This document shows positions 20,246 to 30,964 of a DNA stretch of 64,000 nucleotides, one piece after another. Under the pieces are notes generated by a model. The model saw only the letters and a program-made list of their open reading frames with translations, did no database searches and was not told the origin of the DNA. The position numbers and the translations under genes were made by a program. This DNA comes from an uncultured Actinomycetota bacterium (GTDB lineage: Bacteria > Actinomycetota > Actinomycetes > JAFAQI01), in the NCBI GenBank assembly GCA_963770565.1, contig CAVYQE010000001.1, forward strand, positions 832,001 to 896,000, given 5' to 3'. Every line of letters starts with the position of its first letter. The stretch's first letter is position 1.

Positions 20246-20722
20246 CTAGGACCCGGGCGGTGGCTCCGGGTCGCCGCCGAAGCCCGGGTCCACGATCGTG
20301 GGCTCGAGCCCGAGATAGTTGGCGACCACCTGGACGACCACGTCGTGTACCAGATCCTCCAGGTCCTCGAGCGAGCGGGCCCGAAGCTCGATCGGCTTGC
20401 GGTAGAGCACGATGTGGGTGCGCTCTCGCGGCGGGCCGGGCATGATCTGTGCGAGCAGCACGCCGCCGGACTCGACCGCGCCCTCGGTGGCCGGATTCAA
20501 CCCGTCGAGCTCGCCCGCGGGGACCAGGTCCACCGCGAATTCGACGTTCGCCAACTGCTCCCGCCAGCGGTATTCGACGTGCTCGACGGCCTCGGCGGCA
20601 ATCCGGTCGAAGCGTTCGGCCGGCGCAGCCGCGATCGGCACCCCAGCCCGCACCAGCGGGCCGCGAATACCTCGTCCGTGGCGGTCCCGGTGCACGGGTT
20701 CAGCGTATGAGGTCGGCGACAC
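20246..20722 (-). CDS. Zincin-like metallopeptidase family protein (degenerate HExxH)
   Basis: RDRHGRGIRGPL, IVLYRKPIELRA, LVHDVVVQVVANYLG; syntenic position. Confidence 0.8.
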   Translation of the reverse strand: MSPTSYAEPVHRDRHGRGIRGPLVRAGVPIAAAPAERFDRIAAEAVEHVEYRWREQLANVEFAVDLVPAGELDGLNPATEGAVESGGVLLAQIMPGPPRERTHIVLYRKPIELRARSLEDLEDLVHDVVVQVVANYLGLEPTIVDPGFGGDPEPPPGS

Positions 20723-20782
20723 GGCCGATCTTCATGGCCACGGTGCCGGGTTTCTGTGGGCGCGGACTTGTACGGTTCGAGG

Positions 20783-21154
20783 GTGAGCCCCCTGCGCCGT
20801 TGCTCGCGGATCGCGTGCGCCCGCACCGCGGTCGCGACGCTCACCTACGCCTATTCGGACTCCACCGCCGTGGTCGGGCCCCTTGCGACGTACGCCGAGC
20901 CGCACTCCTACGACCTGTGCGAGAGCCACGCGCACGGCCTCACCGCCCCGCGCGGCTGGGAGGTGCTGCGCCTGGACATCGATGCCGAGCGTGCGATTCC
21001 GGGAATCGACGACCTCGAGGCGCTCGCCGACGCGGTTCGGGAAGCGGCCCGGCCGGCCGCGCGGCACGCGGTCGGCGAGGCGACCGATCCGGACCCGGGC
21101 GGCAGCGGACGGCGCGGCCACCTGCGGGTGCTGCCGAGCCCGGCCACTCCCTAG
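20783..21154 (+). CDS. DUF3499 domain protein
   Basis: RRCSRIAC...AVATLTYAYSDSTAVVGPL..EPHSYDLC..H...LTAPRGW; TACGGT -10 just upstream (leaderless). Confidence 0.88.
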   Translation: MSPLRRCSRIACARTAVATLTYAYSDSTAVVGPLATYAEPHSYDLCESHAHGLTAPRGWEVLRLDIDAERAIPGIDDLEALADAVREAARPAARHAVGEATDPDPGGSGRRGHLRVLPSPATP

Positions 21155-21225
21155 CGCGTCCTCGCCCTCCCTCGAGGCGGAGGCTATCGGCGCTTTTGCG
21201 TGGTTTGCGGAGAAACTCCGGATTC

Positions 21226-21251
21226 TCAAGGGACGCCGGTCAATGACCGAT
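21226..21251 (+). promoter_or_regulatory. Sigma-28 (FliA/WhiG)-like promoter
   Basis: TCAAG-N15-ACCGAT upstream of the zinc-ribbon ORF. Confidence 0.45.
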
Positions 21252-21295
21252 GTCCGCGGGGTAACCCTGTCGCCCACCACGGGAGTTCCCGCGCC

Positions 21296-21544
21296 ATGAA
21301 GTCCAGCCACGTTCCTTCCCCCGACCAACCGACGTCGCTGACCAGACGCGGTGCCCGTAGCGGCGCCGAGTGCCCGGCCTGCGGGAGCCAGCGGCTCACG
21401 TCGCTCACCATGACGCTGACCGACGGAACCGTCGTGAGCTTCTCCTCCTGCCACAACTGCGAGCAGCGGGTGTGGGCGGACCCGACCGGCCGGCTGGACA
21501 TCGCCGACGTCCTGAGCCGCGCCACCAAGCGCAAGGCCAGCTAG
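21296..21544 (+). CDS. 82-aa zinc-ribbon protein (CxxC...CxxC)
   Basis: CPACGS and CHNCE motifs; SD GGGAG upstream of ATG 21296. Confidence 0.75.
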   Translation: MKSSHVPSPDQPTSLTRRGARSGAECPACGSQRLTSLTMTLTDGTVVSFSSCHNCEQRVWADPTGRLDIADVLSRATKRKAS

Positions 21545-21579
21545 CCGCCCGCTCGTCCCGCTGGGCTAGCGTCACAGCC

Positions 21580-22935
21580 GTGACGGCTCGGCTCGGCGAC
21601 ATCGTCAAGGCCTACGACATCCGGGGCGTGGTCCCCGATCAGCTCGATGAGTCGGTGGCCCATGATGTCGGCGCGGCATTCGTCCGCTTCCTCGGTGCCG
21701 ACCGGATCGCGATCGGCCACGACATGCGGGCGTCCTCGCCGGCTCTGGTGGACGCCTTCGCCGCCGGCGCGACCGAGCAGGGCGCGTCGGTCGTCGAGAT
21801 CGGCCTTGCGTCGACCGACCTGCTCTACTACGCGGCCGGCAGCCTGGACATGCCCGGCGCGATGTTCACCGCCAGCCACAATCCGGCCCGCTACAACGGC
21901 ATCAAGCTGTGCCGGGCGGGTGCCTCGCCGGTCGGCCAGGACAGCGGGCTGGCCGACATTCGTGCCCTGGCCGAGCACGGTGTCCCGTCGTACGACGGCA
22001 CCACCGGTTCGGTGACCCACCGCGACCTGCTGGCGGACTACTCGGCGTACCTCAAGGGGCTGGTGCCCGGCATCCACGACATCCGCGACCTGAAGGTAGT
22101 CGTCGACGCCGGCAACGGGATGGCCGGGCTCACGGTGCCGGCGGTGTTCGCGGACCTCTCGGTCGAACTGACCGAGCTCTACTTCACCCTCGACGGCACG
22201 TTCCCGAACCACGAGGCCAACCCGATCGAGCCGGCCAACCTCGTCGACCTGCAGGCGAAGGTCCGCGAGGTCGGCGCCGATCTGGGTCTGGCCTTCGACG
22301 GCGACGCCGACCGCTGCTTCGTCGTCGACGAGCGGGGGGAGGTCGTCCCGCCATCGGCGCTGACCGGGCTGATCGCCACACGCGAGCTCGATCGTGAGCC
22401 GGGGTCGAGCATCATCTACAACTTGATCACCTCCCATTCAGTGCCCGAGATCGTGCGCGAGCGGGGCGGCGTGCCAGTGCGCTCGCGGGTCGGCCACTCG
22501 TTCATCAAGGCGACCATGGCCGAAACCGGCGCGGTCTTCGGCGGGGAGCACTCGGGTCACTTCTACTTCCGTGACTTCTGGCGCGCGGACTCCGGGATGC
22601 TCGCCGCATTGCATGTCCTCGCGGCACTCGGCGGCCAGGCCGGTCCGCTTTCGGACCTGCTGGCGCAGTTCACCCGGTACGCCGGATCCGGCGAGATCAA
22701 CACTGCGGTCGCCGATGCCGACGCCTCGACCGCGGCGATCCGTGCGCAGTACGAAGGCCGCGACGGCGTGGTGATCGACGAGCTCGACGGACTGACGGTC
22801 GAGCTGCCCGACGGATCGTGGTTCAACGTGCGGCCGTCGAACACCGAGCCGTTGCTGAGATTGAACGTCGAAGCCGCCACTGCGGCTGAGGTTGAGGCGC
22901 TGCGCGACGAGGTCCTGAGGATCCTGCGCGACTAA
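21580..22935 (+). CDS. manB: Phosphomannomutase/phosphoglucomutase
   Basis: KAYDIRG, TASHNP, FDGDADR, GEHSGH, RPSNTEP; GTG 21580 with TAGCGT -10. Confidence 0.95.
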   Translation: MTARLGDIVKAYDIRGVVPDQLDESVAHDVGAAFVRFLGADRIAIGHDMRASSPALVDAFAAGATEQGASVVEIGLASTDLLYYAAGSLDMPGAMFTASHNPARYNGIKLCRAGASPVGQDSGLADIRALAEHGVPSYDGTTGSVTHRDLLADYSAYLKGLVPGIHDIRDLKVVVDAGNGMAGLTVPAVFADLSVELTELYFTLDGTFPNHEANPIEPANLVDLQAKVREVGADLGLAFDGDADRCFVVDERGEVVPPSALTGLIATRELDREPGSSIIYNLITSHSVPEIVRERGGVPVRSRVGHSFIKATMAETGAVFGGEHSGHFYFRDFWRADSGMLAALHVLAALGGQAGPLSDLLAQFTRYAGSGEINTAVADADASTAAIRAQYEGRDGVVIDELDGLTVELPDGSWFNVRPSNTEPLLRLNVEAATAAEVEALRDEVLRILRD

Positions 22936-22952
22936 CTGTCTAGGGTGGCTGC

Positions 22953-23138
22953 GTGGACCTCGACCAAGCGTTGCTCGACATCCTTGCCTGCCCGAACTGC
23001 CGCGCCGAGTTGCGGGTCGACGACGCCGCCGGCGAGCTCGTGTGTGTCGGCTGTGGATACGCCTATCCGGTGCGGGACGGCATCCCGGTGCTGCTCGTCG
23101 ACGAGGCGCGTCGACCGGACGGCGCGGCCACGGAATGA
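22953..23138 (+). CDS. Trm112-like protein
   Basis: LLDILACPNC...YPVRDGIPVLLVDEA. Confidence 0.92.
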   Translation: MDLDQALLDILACPNCRAELRVDDAAGELVCVGCGYAYPVRDGIPVLLVDEARRPDGAATE

Positions 23139-24286
23139 CCGCGCCCGACCTCGACCGGCTCGACGATGTCGAGGGTCTGGCCGAGGCCGACCCGCACGAC
23201 ATGTTGCGCGCGGTCGCGACATCGGCTGCGCAGGTACGCGCGTCACTGAGCGCAACCCGGGAGGCCGGGCTCGGCGCGCTCGAGCTGACGTCCCGCCCGC
23301 GCGCGATCGTGATCGCGGGGATGGGTGGCTCGGCGATGTCCGGCGAGGTGCTCGCGGCGGCAACCGGCATGGGTTGCCCGGTGCCGGTGATCGTCCATCG
23401 CGGCTACGGCTTGCCGGGCTGGGTGGGCGCGGCCGACCTGGTGATGGCCGTGTCGTGCTCGGGGACGACCGCCGAGACCCTGACCGCGGCGGGCGAGGCC
23501 GCGCGGCGTCGTACCCGGCTGTTGGGAGTCGGGGTCGGCGGCTCTGCACTGGAGGCCCAGTGCCTCGCTGGCGGCGGGGCGTACGTGCCGATCGTGCAAC
23601 AGCTCTCACCGCGGTCATCGCTGTGGGCGCTGGTCGTGCCGCTGTTGGTGGTGACAGCGCGGTTCGGACTGCTCGATCTGGGCGAGGACGATGCGGACCT
23701 CGAGTCCGCCGCCGGGCAGCTGGAGTCGCTGGCCGCCCTGTGCGGCCCCGACCGCGAGTCCGTCGTCAACCCGGCGAAGACGTTTGCCGCTGAGCTGGCC
23801 GGCGCGCTGCCGATGGTCTGGGGATCGGGTCAGGTCGGGCCGGTCGCGGCGCTGCGCGCGGTCAGCCAGCTCGCGGAGAACGCCAAGCAGCCGGCGATCT
23901 ACGGGGCGCTGCCGGAGGCCAACCACAATCAGGTCGTGACCTTCGACGGCCCGCTAGCCGGTGGCGAGTCGGTCGACGACCTGTTCCGCGACCGGGTCGA
24001 GGAGGTCGCGCCGTTGCGACTACGCCTGGTCCTCGTCCGAGACGACGCGGGCGACGAGCGAGCGGCCCGCCGGGCCGACGTGTCGGCCGAGGTGGCCGGC
24101 CGGCGGGGCATCGCGGTTTCGGTGGTCAGCGCGCAGGGTCAGTCCGCGATCGAGCGATTCGCCTCGCTGGTGGGCCTGCTTGACTTCGCCAGCGTCTATC
24201 TTGGATTGGCCCACGGGATCGACCCGACGTCGATCGCGCCGATCGACGAGCTCAAGGCTGCGATGCGAGACTCGCCTACGCTTTGA
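23135..24286 (+). CDS. SIS-domain bifunctional phosphoglucose/phosphomannose isomerase-like protein (TobH-like)
   Basis: [29 protein letters not shown]; ATGA overlap with the Trm112 gene. Confidence 0.88.
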   Translation: MTAPDLDRLDDVEGLAEADPHDMLRAVATSAAQVRASLSATREAGLGALELTSRPRAIVIAGMGGSAMSGEVLAAATGMGCPVPVIVHRGYGLPGWVGAADLVMAVSCSGTTAETLTAAGEAARRRTRLLGVGVGGSALEAQCLAGGGAYVPIVQQLSPRSSLWALVVPLLVVTARFGLLDLGEDDADLESAAGQLESLAALCGPDRESVVNPAKTFAAELAGALPMVWGSGQVGPVAALRAVSQLAENAKQPAIYGALPEANHNQVVTFDGPLAGGESVDDLFRDRVEEVAPLRLRLVLVRDDAGDERAARRADVSAEVAGRRGIAVSVVSAQGQSAIERFASLVGLLDFASVYLGLAHGIDPTSIAPIDELKAAMRDSPTL

Positions 24287-24324
24287 GCAGGTCCCGGACC
24301 GCCCGCCCGCTTTCGAGGAGAGTC

Positions 24325-25752
<1,428 letters not shown>

Positions 25753-25756
25753 CGGT

Positions 25757-25842
25757 CCAAAGCAATGTCACATTGCCCCGGTAGATCCGGGGGCAGGGTG
25801 ACATCACCCCACGGTTTGGCAGGGCAATGTGACATTGCTTGG
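25757..25842. repeat. REP/MITE-like element, copy 2 (reverse orientation relative to copies 1 and 3)
   Basis: GCAATGTCACATTGC at 25762, degenerate GCAGGGTGACATCAC at 25793, GCAATGTGACATTGC at 25824; lies between convergent ahcY and ATPase genes. Confidence 0.9.
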
Positions 25843-25862
25843 TCGGGATGGTGGGCGGTTCG

Positions 25863-26993
25863 TTAGAGATAGTTGCCGGGACGCGTGGGGGTCGTCGTGG
25901 CTTCGAGGCGGGTTAGTTCGCCCTTGCGTTCCATGATCTCGGCGAGTGTCACCGGGCGGGCTGGGCGGTCGCCGAGGAGCCTGGCGGCTTCGCTGATTTC
26001 GAACGCGGGGAACTCCATCCGGGCCAGGCAACGGCCGGGGCGGAGCAACGCCGGGTGCATGTCGTCGACCGGCTCGTTCGTCGTCAGGAGTATCAACACC
26101 CGCGAGCCCTGACCGAGCAGACCGTCGGCGGTATTGAGCAAGCGGCCGAGACCAGGCCCGACCTTCGAGCGCGCATCGCGGCGCAGCAACTCCTCCGCGT
26201 CCTCGATCACGACCAGTCGCCACCTTTGGGCCTTGTCGTCGTCGTCGGGGTCGAGCAGCACGCGGGCCATGTAGTCACCGTTGTTGAGCAGTCTCTCCGG
26301 GTCGGACACGACGTGCGCGCTGGCCCACCCTCGCCAGGCATCGAACAGCGCGCGGACGGCGGTGGTCTTCCCGGTGCCGGGCGGGCCGTGCCACAGGATC
26401 AACCGGCCGCCGGGCGCGGCCGGGTCGGGTCGGTGCTCGATCAGGCGGCTCATCGTGTCCCGCACCGTGCTGGGGTAAAGCGCGGCGACGGCCGACCACT
26501 TCGGGACCGCAATTTCCCGCGAGCGGGTCCAGCTGTGGTCGCCTTGGTGCCAGAACGTCACCCGCGCTGCTTGCCGCTTCGGCGGCCGCGGCACCTTTGT
26601 GTGCACGTCCGCGGCGACCCGCTCGACCTGGTCCCGGTCCGTCCCGCTCACCCACACGTCGGCGTTGCGCCGCCAGCTGCGCACGACCAGCAGGCACCCT
26701 TCGTGGGCCGCAAGGACTTCGGTGGTGCTGTTGCGGCGGTGCAGGCGCAGCACGGTTGCCGGCTCCGGGAGCACGCCGACGACGTCGACGGCGGCCGGCA
26801 GGTCGCGCTCGACCAGGTACGGGTGCAACCCGTGCAGATGCGGGCGCAGGAACGCAGCGAGAACCAGACCCTCCCCGGGGATGCAGTCGCCGGTCCGGAT
26901 GTCGGGCAATGGTGCGTCGAGAACGGCTGCGAGGGCAGCGTCCGTCGACAGATCCGGCACGTTGGCGCCGACAGCGTGAATCGCGGTCATCAT
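25863..26993 (-). CDS. AAA+ ATPase (DUF5925-like N-terminal domain)
   Basis: Walker A GPPGTGKT, Walker B LVVIEDAE, LLNTADGLLGQG, ALLRPGRC; start ATG 26993 or 26990. Confidence 0.85.
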   Translation of the reverse strand: MMTAIHAVGANVPDLSTDAALAAVLDAPLPDIRTGDCIPGEGLVLAAFLRPHLHGLHPYLVERDLPAAVDVVGVLPEPATVLRLHRRNSTTEVLAAHEGCLLVVRSWRRNADVWVSGTDRDQVERVAADVHTKVPRPPKRQAARVTFWHQGDHSWTRSREIAVPKWSAVAALYPSTVRDTMSRLIEHRPDPAAPGGRLILWHGPPGTGKTTAVRALFDAWRGWASAHVVSDPERLLNNGDYMARVLLDPDDDDKAQRWRLVVIEDAEELLRRDARSKVGPGLGRLLNTADGLLGQGSRVLILLTTNEPVDDMHPALLRPGRCLARMEFPAFEISEAARLLGDRPARPVTLAEIMERKGELTRLEATTTPTRPGNYL

Positions 26994-26997
26994 CCTC

Positions 26998-27033
26998 ACC
27001 TCGAAGTCGGAGGCGACGGCCGCGGTTCGAGGT
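26998..27033 (-). promoter_or_regulatory. Hairpin that sequesters the ATPase Shine-Dalgarno sequence
   Basis: ACCTCGAA (26998-27005) / TTCGAGGT (27026-27033) inverted repeat; on the minus strand the 3' arm carries GAGGT of the SD. Confidence 0.55.
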
Positions 27034-27068
27034 CAGACCGTGGTCGTCCTGGCTAGCTGTCGTCGCAT
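27033..27068 (-). CDS. Putative leader peptide MRRQLARTTTV
   Basis: ATG preceded by AAGGA at 7 nt; rare codons CGA CGA CTA AGG; stop abuts the hairpin 5' arm. Confidence 0.5.
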   Translation of the reverse strand: MRRQLARTTTV

Positions 27069-27182
27069 GAAGAGTCCTTCGGACGGGTACGCCGGTGGTC
27101 GCGGCGCGCTCGTCCATAATTCTCCCGGCGGACACTGCCGTCCATCGCTTTTCGGGTCTGCGGGTCCGGTCCGGGTTACCGG

Positions 27183-28070
27183 TCAGGACGGGACGACGAA
27201 GCCATCCGGTGGCGGTGGCTCAGCATCTCCCGTACTACGGATCGCAGGAGCCGCGCCGGGCGGGAATGCGCCCGTGGGCGGCAAGGGAGGCGACGCCCAT
27301 CCGGCCGGTGCGACCGGGGGTGGGGCGGCGGCGAAGGCGCGGCGGCGGCGTTCGGCAAGGACGGCGGCGATGACCGCCCATCCGGGCGTTGCGGGCGGTG
27401 GCACGCCTACCTTGCGGACAACCTCGCTCGCGATCTGGTGTTCGAGCGTCGCCCGGGCATCAGGGGTGAACGACGAGGCGCGGCTGAGGAACTGCCGCAT
27501 CCGGAGCGCGAGCGCGTCGTCGACCCCGGTCAGGTCGAGCGACGCCGCCCATCCGGCGAGCATCGGGGGCATGCCGACCGGTGCTTCGAGCTGGCCCGGG
27601 ACTCGTTCCTGCAGGACGACCGTGCCGGCAAAGAAGTCGCCGATGCGCTTCTTCTGACGGCTCGACACCATCGGGATCAGCGCACCGAGTGCGTAAGTGA
27701 TGCCGGGTTTGTCGACGAATACGCCGACCAGTCCGCGTACGAGTGCGTGCCGGAAGCGGATCGGTCCACCGTCGTCCCTGACCACGCGCAGGCCCATCAT
27801 CGCCTTGCCGAGAGTGCGACCCCGCCACAGCGTCTCCATCCCGATCGGGTAGCCCGCGACGATCAGGATCTCCGTGACGACCAGGACGATTTGCAGCACC
27901 GTGATCCCACCGCCGGAGCCGGTCGCGATCAGGACGACCAGGACGGCGAGTTGCGCGGCAAAGGTGATCACGATGTCGATCAGTGCGGCGATCCCGCGTG
28001 ACCCCACTCCGGCCAACGGGAGTTCGACCGACACGGCCTCGCCGGTCACCATCTGCTCGTCGGGCTGCAC
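27183..28070 (-). CDS. RDD family membrane protein
   Basis: MVTGEAV..EL..AGVGSRGIAALID, GRTLGK..MGLRVVRDDG, KRIGDFFAGTVV; start GTG 28070 or ATG 28052. Confidence 0.9.
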   Translation of the reverse strand: MQPDEQMVTGEAVSVELPLAGVGSRGIAALIDIVITFAAQLAVLVVLIATGSGGGITVLQIVLVVTEILIVAGYPIGMETLWRGRTLGKAMMGLRVVRDDGGPIRFRHALVRGLVGVFVDKPGITYALGALIPMVSSRQKKRIGDFFAGTVVLQERVPGQLEAPVGMPPMLAGWAASLDLTGVDDALALRMRQFLSRASSFTPDARATLEHQIASEVVRKVGVPPPATPGWAVIAAVLAERRRRAFAAAPPPVAPAGWASPPLPPTGAFPPGAAPAIRSTGDAEPPPPDGFVVPS

Positions 28071-28089
28071 GCCACTAGTGTCCTGCGTA

Positions 28090-29100
28090 ATGGACGTCGA
28101 CGTATTCATTGCGACCCATCAGGGCGAGTGGGACCGGCTCGAGCAGCTGGTGGTTCGGGCCCGGCGACCACGGCGGCTGTCGGGGGCCGAGGTCGACGAA
28201 CTGGTCGCGCTCTATCAGCGTGCGGCCAGCCATCTGTCGATCGTTCAGACCCGCTCCCCGGACCCCGTCCTGGTGGCGCGACTGTCCAGGATCGTCGCCG
28301 ATGGGCGAGCGGCCGTGGTGGGCACGCACGCGCCTGCCTGGCGTGACATCTCGCGCTTCTTCGTGGTCACGTTCCCGGTCGCGGTTTACCGGACCCGGAC
28401 CTGGTGGGTGTCAACCACGGTGGTGTCGCTCTCTGTTGCGACCGCCTTCGGGTGGTGGATTGCGACCCATCCGGAGGTGCAGCGTGGACTCGTGCCGGCC
28501 GCGTCGGTCCGGGCGCTGACTAGTGGCGAGTTCGTGCAGTACTACCACTCGGCGCCGGCGCACGACTTTGCGGCGCAGGTCTGGACCAACAATGTGTGGG
28601 TAGCCGCTGGGACCTTGATCGGCGGGGTCCTGTTCGGCCTGCCGACCCTCGTCGCGCTGTTCGGCAACATGCTGAACCTCGGCGTCGATGGCGGCTACAT
28701 GATCGCGGCCGGCAAGTCCGGTCTCTTCTTCGGTCTGATCGCACCCCACGGGATCCTGGAACTGACCGCCGTATTCGTCGCCGCGGGAACCGGCCTGCGG
28801 CTGGGCTGGACCGTCATCGACCCCGGTCCTCGTCGCCGGGGGGAGGCGCTGGCGGCCGAGGGTCGCGCGGCCGTGACGATCGCGCTCGGCCTGATCGTCG
28901 TACTCGCGGTGTCGGGGTTCATCGAGGCATTCGTCACGCCGTCAGGACTGCCGACCTGGCTGCGGGTGGGGATCGGCATCCTCGCCGAGGTCGGCTTCCT
29001 GAGCTACGTGTGGGTGCTCGGGCGGCGCGGGATGGCCGCCGGTGAGACCGGAGATCTCGACCTTGCCGCGCGCGGCGACCTCGCTGAGGTCGCGGTCTAG
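28090..29100 (+). CDS. Stage II sporulation protein M (SpoIIM/DUF95) family membrane protein
   Basis: MDVDVFIATHQGEWDRLE, VWTNN, PHGILELTA, SGFIEAFVTPS. Confidence 0.9.
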   Translation: MDVDVFIATHQGEWDRLEQLVVRARRPRRLSGAEVDELVALYQRAASHLSIVQTRSPDPVLVARLSRIVADGRAAVVGTHAPAWRDISRFFVVTFPVAVYRTRTWWVSTTVVSLSVATAFGWWIATHPEVQRGLVPAASVRALTSGEFVQYYHSAPAHDFAAQVWTNNVWVAAGTLIGGVLFGLPTLVALFGNMLNLGVDGGYMIAAGKSGLFFGLIAPHGILELTAVFVAAGTGLRLGWTVIDPGPRRRGEALAAEGRAAVTIALGLIVVLAVSGFIEAFVTPSGLPTWLRVGIGILAEVGFLSYVWVLGRRGMAAGETGDLDLAARGDLAEVAV

Positions 29101-29177
29101 CGCGGCGGCTGCGCCGGGCGGAGCGCGATGTCCGATTCCCGCCGGAATCCGTCCGCAGGCTGCGGCAAGGTCGAGCC

Positions 29178-29690
29178 ATGACGGCAATCGCTACCCGCTA
29201 TGAGGTCCGCCCGATCGACCCCGAAGTCCTTGCTGGGCTCCGACGCCGCGACGACGCCGGTAGGGCGCCGCGGCTGGTGACCGACGAGGCGGGCGGCAGT
29301 CCGCTGCGCTGTTGCCTACGTCCCAGTCGCCCGGGTGAGGTATTGGCGCTCGTGTCCTACGCGCCCCTGCGGCGCTGGGCGCGGGAGCACCACGTGGACC
29401 CGGGCGCGTACGACGAAGTCGGCCCGGTCTTCATCCATCCCCAGGAGTGTGCAGGCGCGAGTGGCCACGGGTTGCCCGCCGACCTGCTGGGATCCACCCG
29501 AGTGTTTCGTTGTTACAACCGACTTGGCGAGATCGTCGGCGGCCGTGTGGTCACACCGAGTGACGACCCCGAGCGGGCGCTCGACGAGCTGTTCGCCGGT
29601 CCCGACGTCGCGCTGGTGCACGTCCGGGCGGCGGACTTCGGCTGCTTCACCTTCGAGGTCCGGCCGGTCAGAGCCGACCAGCGGCCTTGA
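29178..29690 (+). CDS. DUF1203 domain protein
   Basis: PLRCCL, YDEVGPVFIH..EC, HVRAADFGCF. Confidence 0.85.
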   Translation: MTAIATRYEVRPIDPEVLAGLRRRDDAGRAPRLVTDEAGGSPLRCCLRPSRPGEVLALVSYAPLRRWAREHHVDPGAYDEVGPVFIHPQECAGASGHGLPADLLGSTRVFRCYNRLGEIVGGRVVTPSDDPERALDELFAGPDVALVHVRAADFGCFTFEVRPVRADQRP

Positions 29691-30963
29691 GGTCGAGGTA
29701 GCTGTCGGCTACCGCTGAGGCAAACGTGTCGGGTGGGGCGGTGGTGACGATCACGCCGCGCTGGCGAAGCTTGGCGATCACCCGACTGCGCTCGGTCTCG
29801 CTCGTCTCGGCCGCCGCGGCGCCGTAAGCCGCGGGGGCGTCGGCGCGGTCCCGCGCCAACTCGGCGAGCCGCGGGTCGGCCACCGCGGCGATGAGCACGG
29901 TGTGCCGCTTGACGAGCGGACCCACAACCGGAAGCAGCCGGGTTTCGATCGCGGTGGGGTCGATCGTCGTGAACCACACCACGAGAGAGCGTCGTCGCAG
30001 CCGTCCGAGGACCGCAGCAACCATGGCGCCCCCGTCGGTCTCGACCAAGGTGGGTTCGAGGTCCGCCGTGGCGCGCATGACCGAGGGCAGCACCTGACCT
30101 TGCCGGGCCAGATCGACCGATGCCCGGAGCCGCCGGTCGTGCGCGATCAACCCGACCCGGTCCCCGGCATGACGGGCGAGTGCGGCCAACAGCAGCGTGG
30201 CGTCGAGGGTGGCCTCGAACCGAGGCGCACCGGCCACCCGTCCGGCTGAGGTCCGACCGGTGTCGAGGACGAGCAGCACCTGCCGGTCGCGCTCGGGCCG
30301 CCAGGTCCGGACGACGACGTCGTTGCGGCGGGCGGTGGCGCGCCAGTCGATCGACCGAGGGTCGTCACCCACCACGTAGCTGCGGAGCGAGTCGAACTCG
30401 CTGCCCTGGCCACGGATGACCGTGACCACTGAGCCGTCGAGCTCGCGAAGCCGGGCGAGCTTCTCCGGGAGCAGCCGGCGGCTGGTGAATGCCGGCAGCA
30501 CCCGGACCGTCCATGGTGCCGGGCGAGTCCGCTGGCGCCCGGCCAGTCCGAGTGGCCCCAGTGCGCGAATCGTGACCCCAGCTGCCGCCCGCACGCCGCG
30601 CCGACTCGGCACCAGCACGGTGGTGAGCCGGGCTCGTTTCCCGGGGTCGACGACCACCTGCCATGAGCGCGGTGTCGCCTGCGCAGTGGGCGGCCAGGCG
30701 TCGCGGACCCTGCCGCGTAACGGACGTGAGCCGACGTTGTGCAACGTCAGCCCGACCTCGGCCGGCTCTCCCATCCGGGTGCTGACCGCGCCGGAGCGCT
30801 CGAGCTCGATCGAGCGGGGCGAGGCGGCCAGGGCGAGGTCGGCCAGGGTGGGTGCTGCGAGCGTGGCCAGCACGATCAGCACCATGAAGCCACCCAGCGG
30901 CGCCACGAAGACGACCAGTACGCCGAGCCCGGCGAGCAGCACGGCGCGCCCGGTCAGCGCCAT
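29668..30963 (-). CDS. DUF58 (vWA-like) protein
   Basis: GSEFDSLRSYVVGDDPRSIDWRATARR, LDTGRTS, YLDLKAAGRL. Confidence 0.92.
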   Translation of the reverse strand: MALTGRAVLLAGLGVLVVFVAPLGGFMVLIVLATLAAPTLADLALAASPRSIELERSGAVSTRMGEPAEVGLTLHNVGSRPLRGRVRDAWPPTAQATPRSWQVVVDPGKRARLTTVLVPSRRGVRAAAGVTIRALGPLGLAGRQRTRPAPWTVRVLPAFTSRRLLPEKLARLRELDGSVVTVIRGQGSEFDSLRSYVVGDDPRSIDWRATARRNDVVVRTWRPERDRQVLLVLDTGRTSAGRVAGAPRFEATLDATLLLAALARHAGDRVGLIAHDRRLRASVDLARQGQVLPSVMRATADLEPTLVETDGGAMVAAVLGRLRRRSLVVWFTTIDPTAIETRLLPVVGPLVKRHTVLIAAVADPRLAELARDRADAPAAYGAAAAETSETERSRVIAKLRQRGVIVTTAPPDTFASAVADSYLDLKAAGRL

Positions 30964-30964
30964 G

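Noticed and set aside
24286-24324. SAH riboswitch upstream of ahcY
   Set aside because: The intergenic gap is only ~38 bp and lacks a recognisable GAGGAGCG...CCAGGCTC aptamer core; GAGGAG here is the SD
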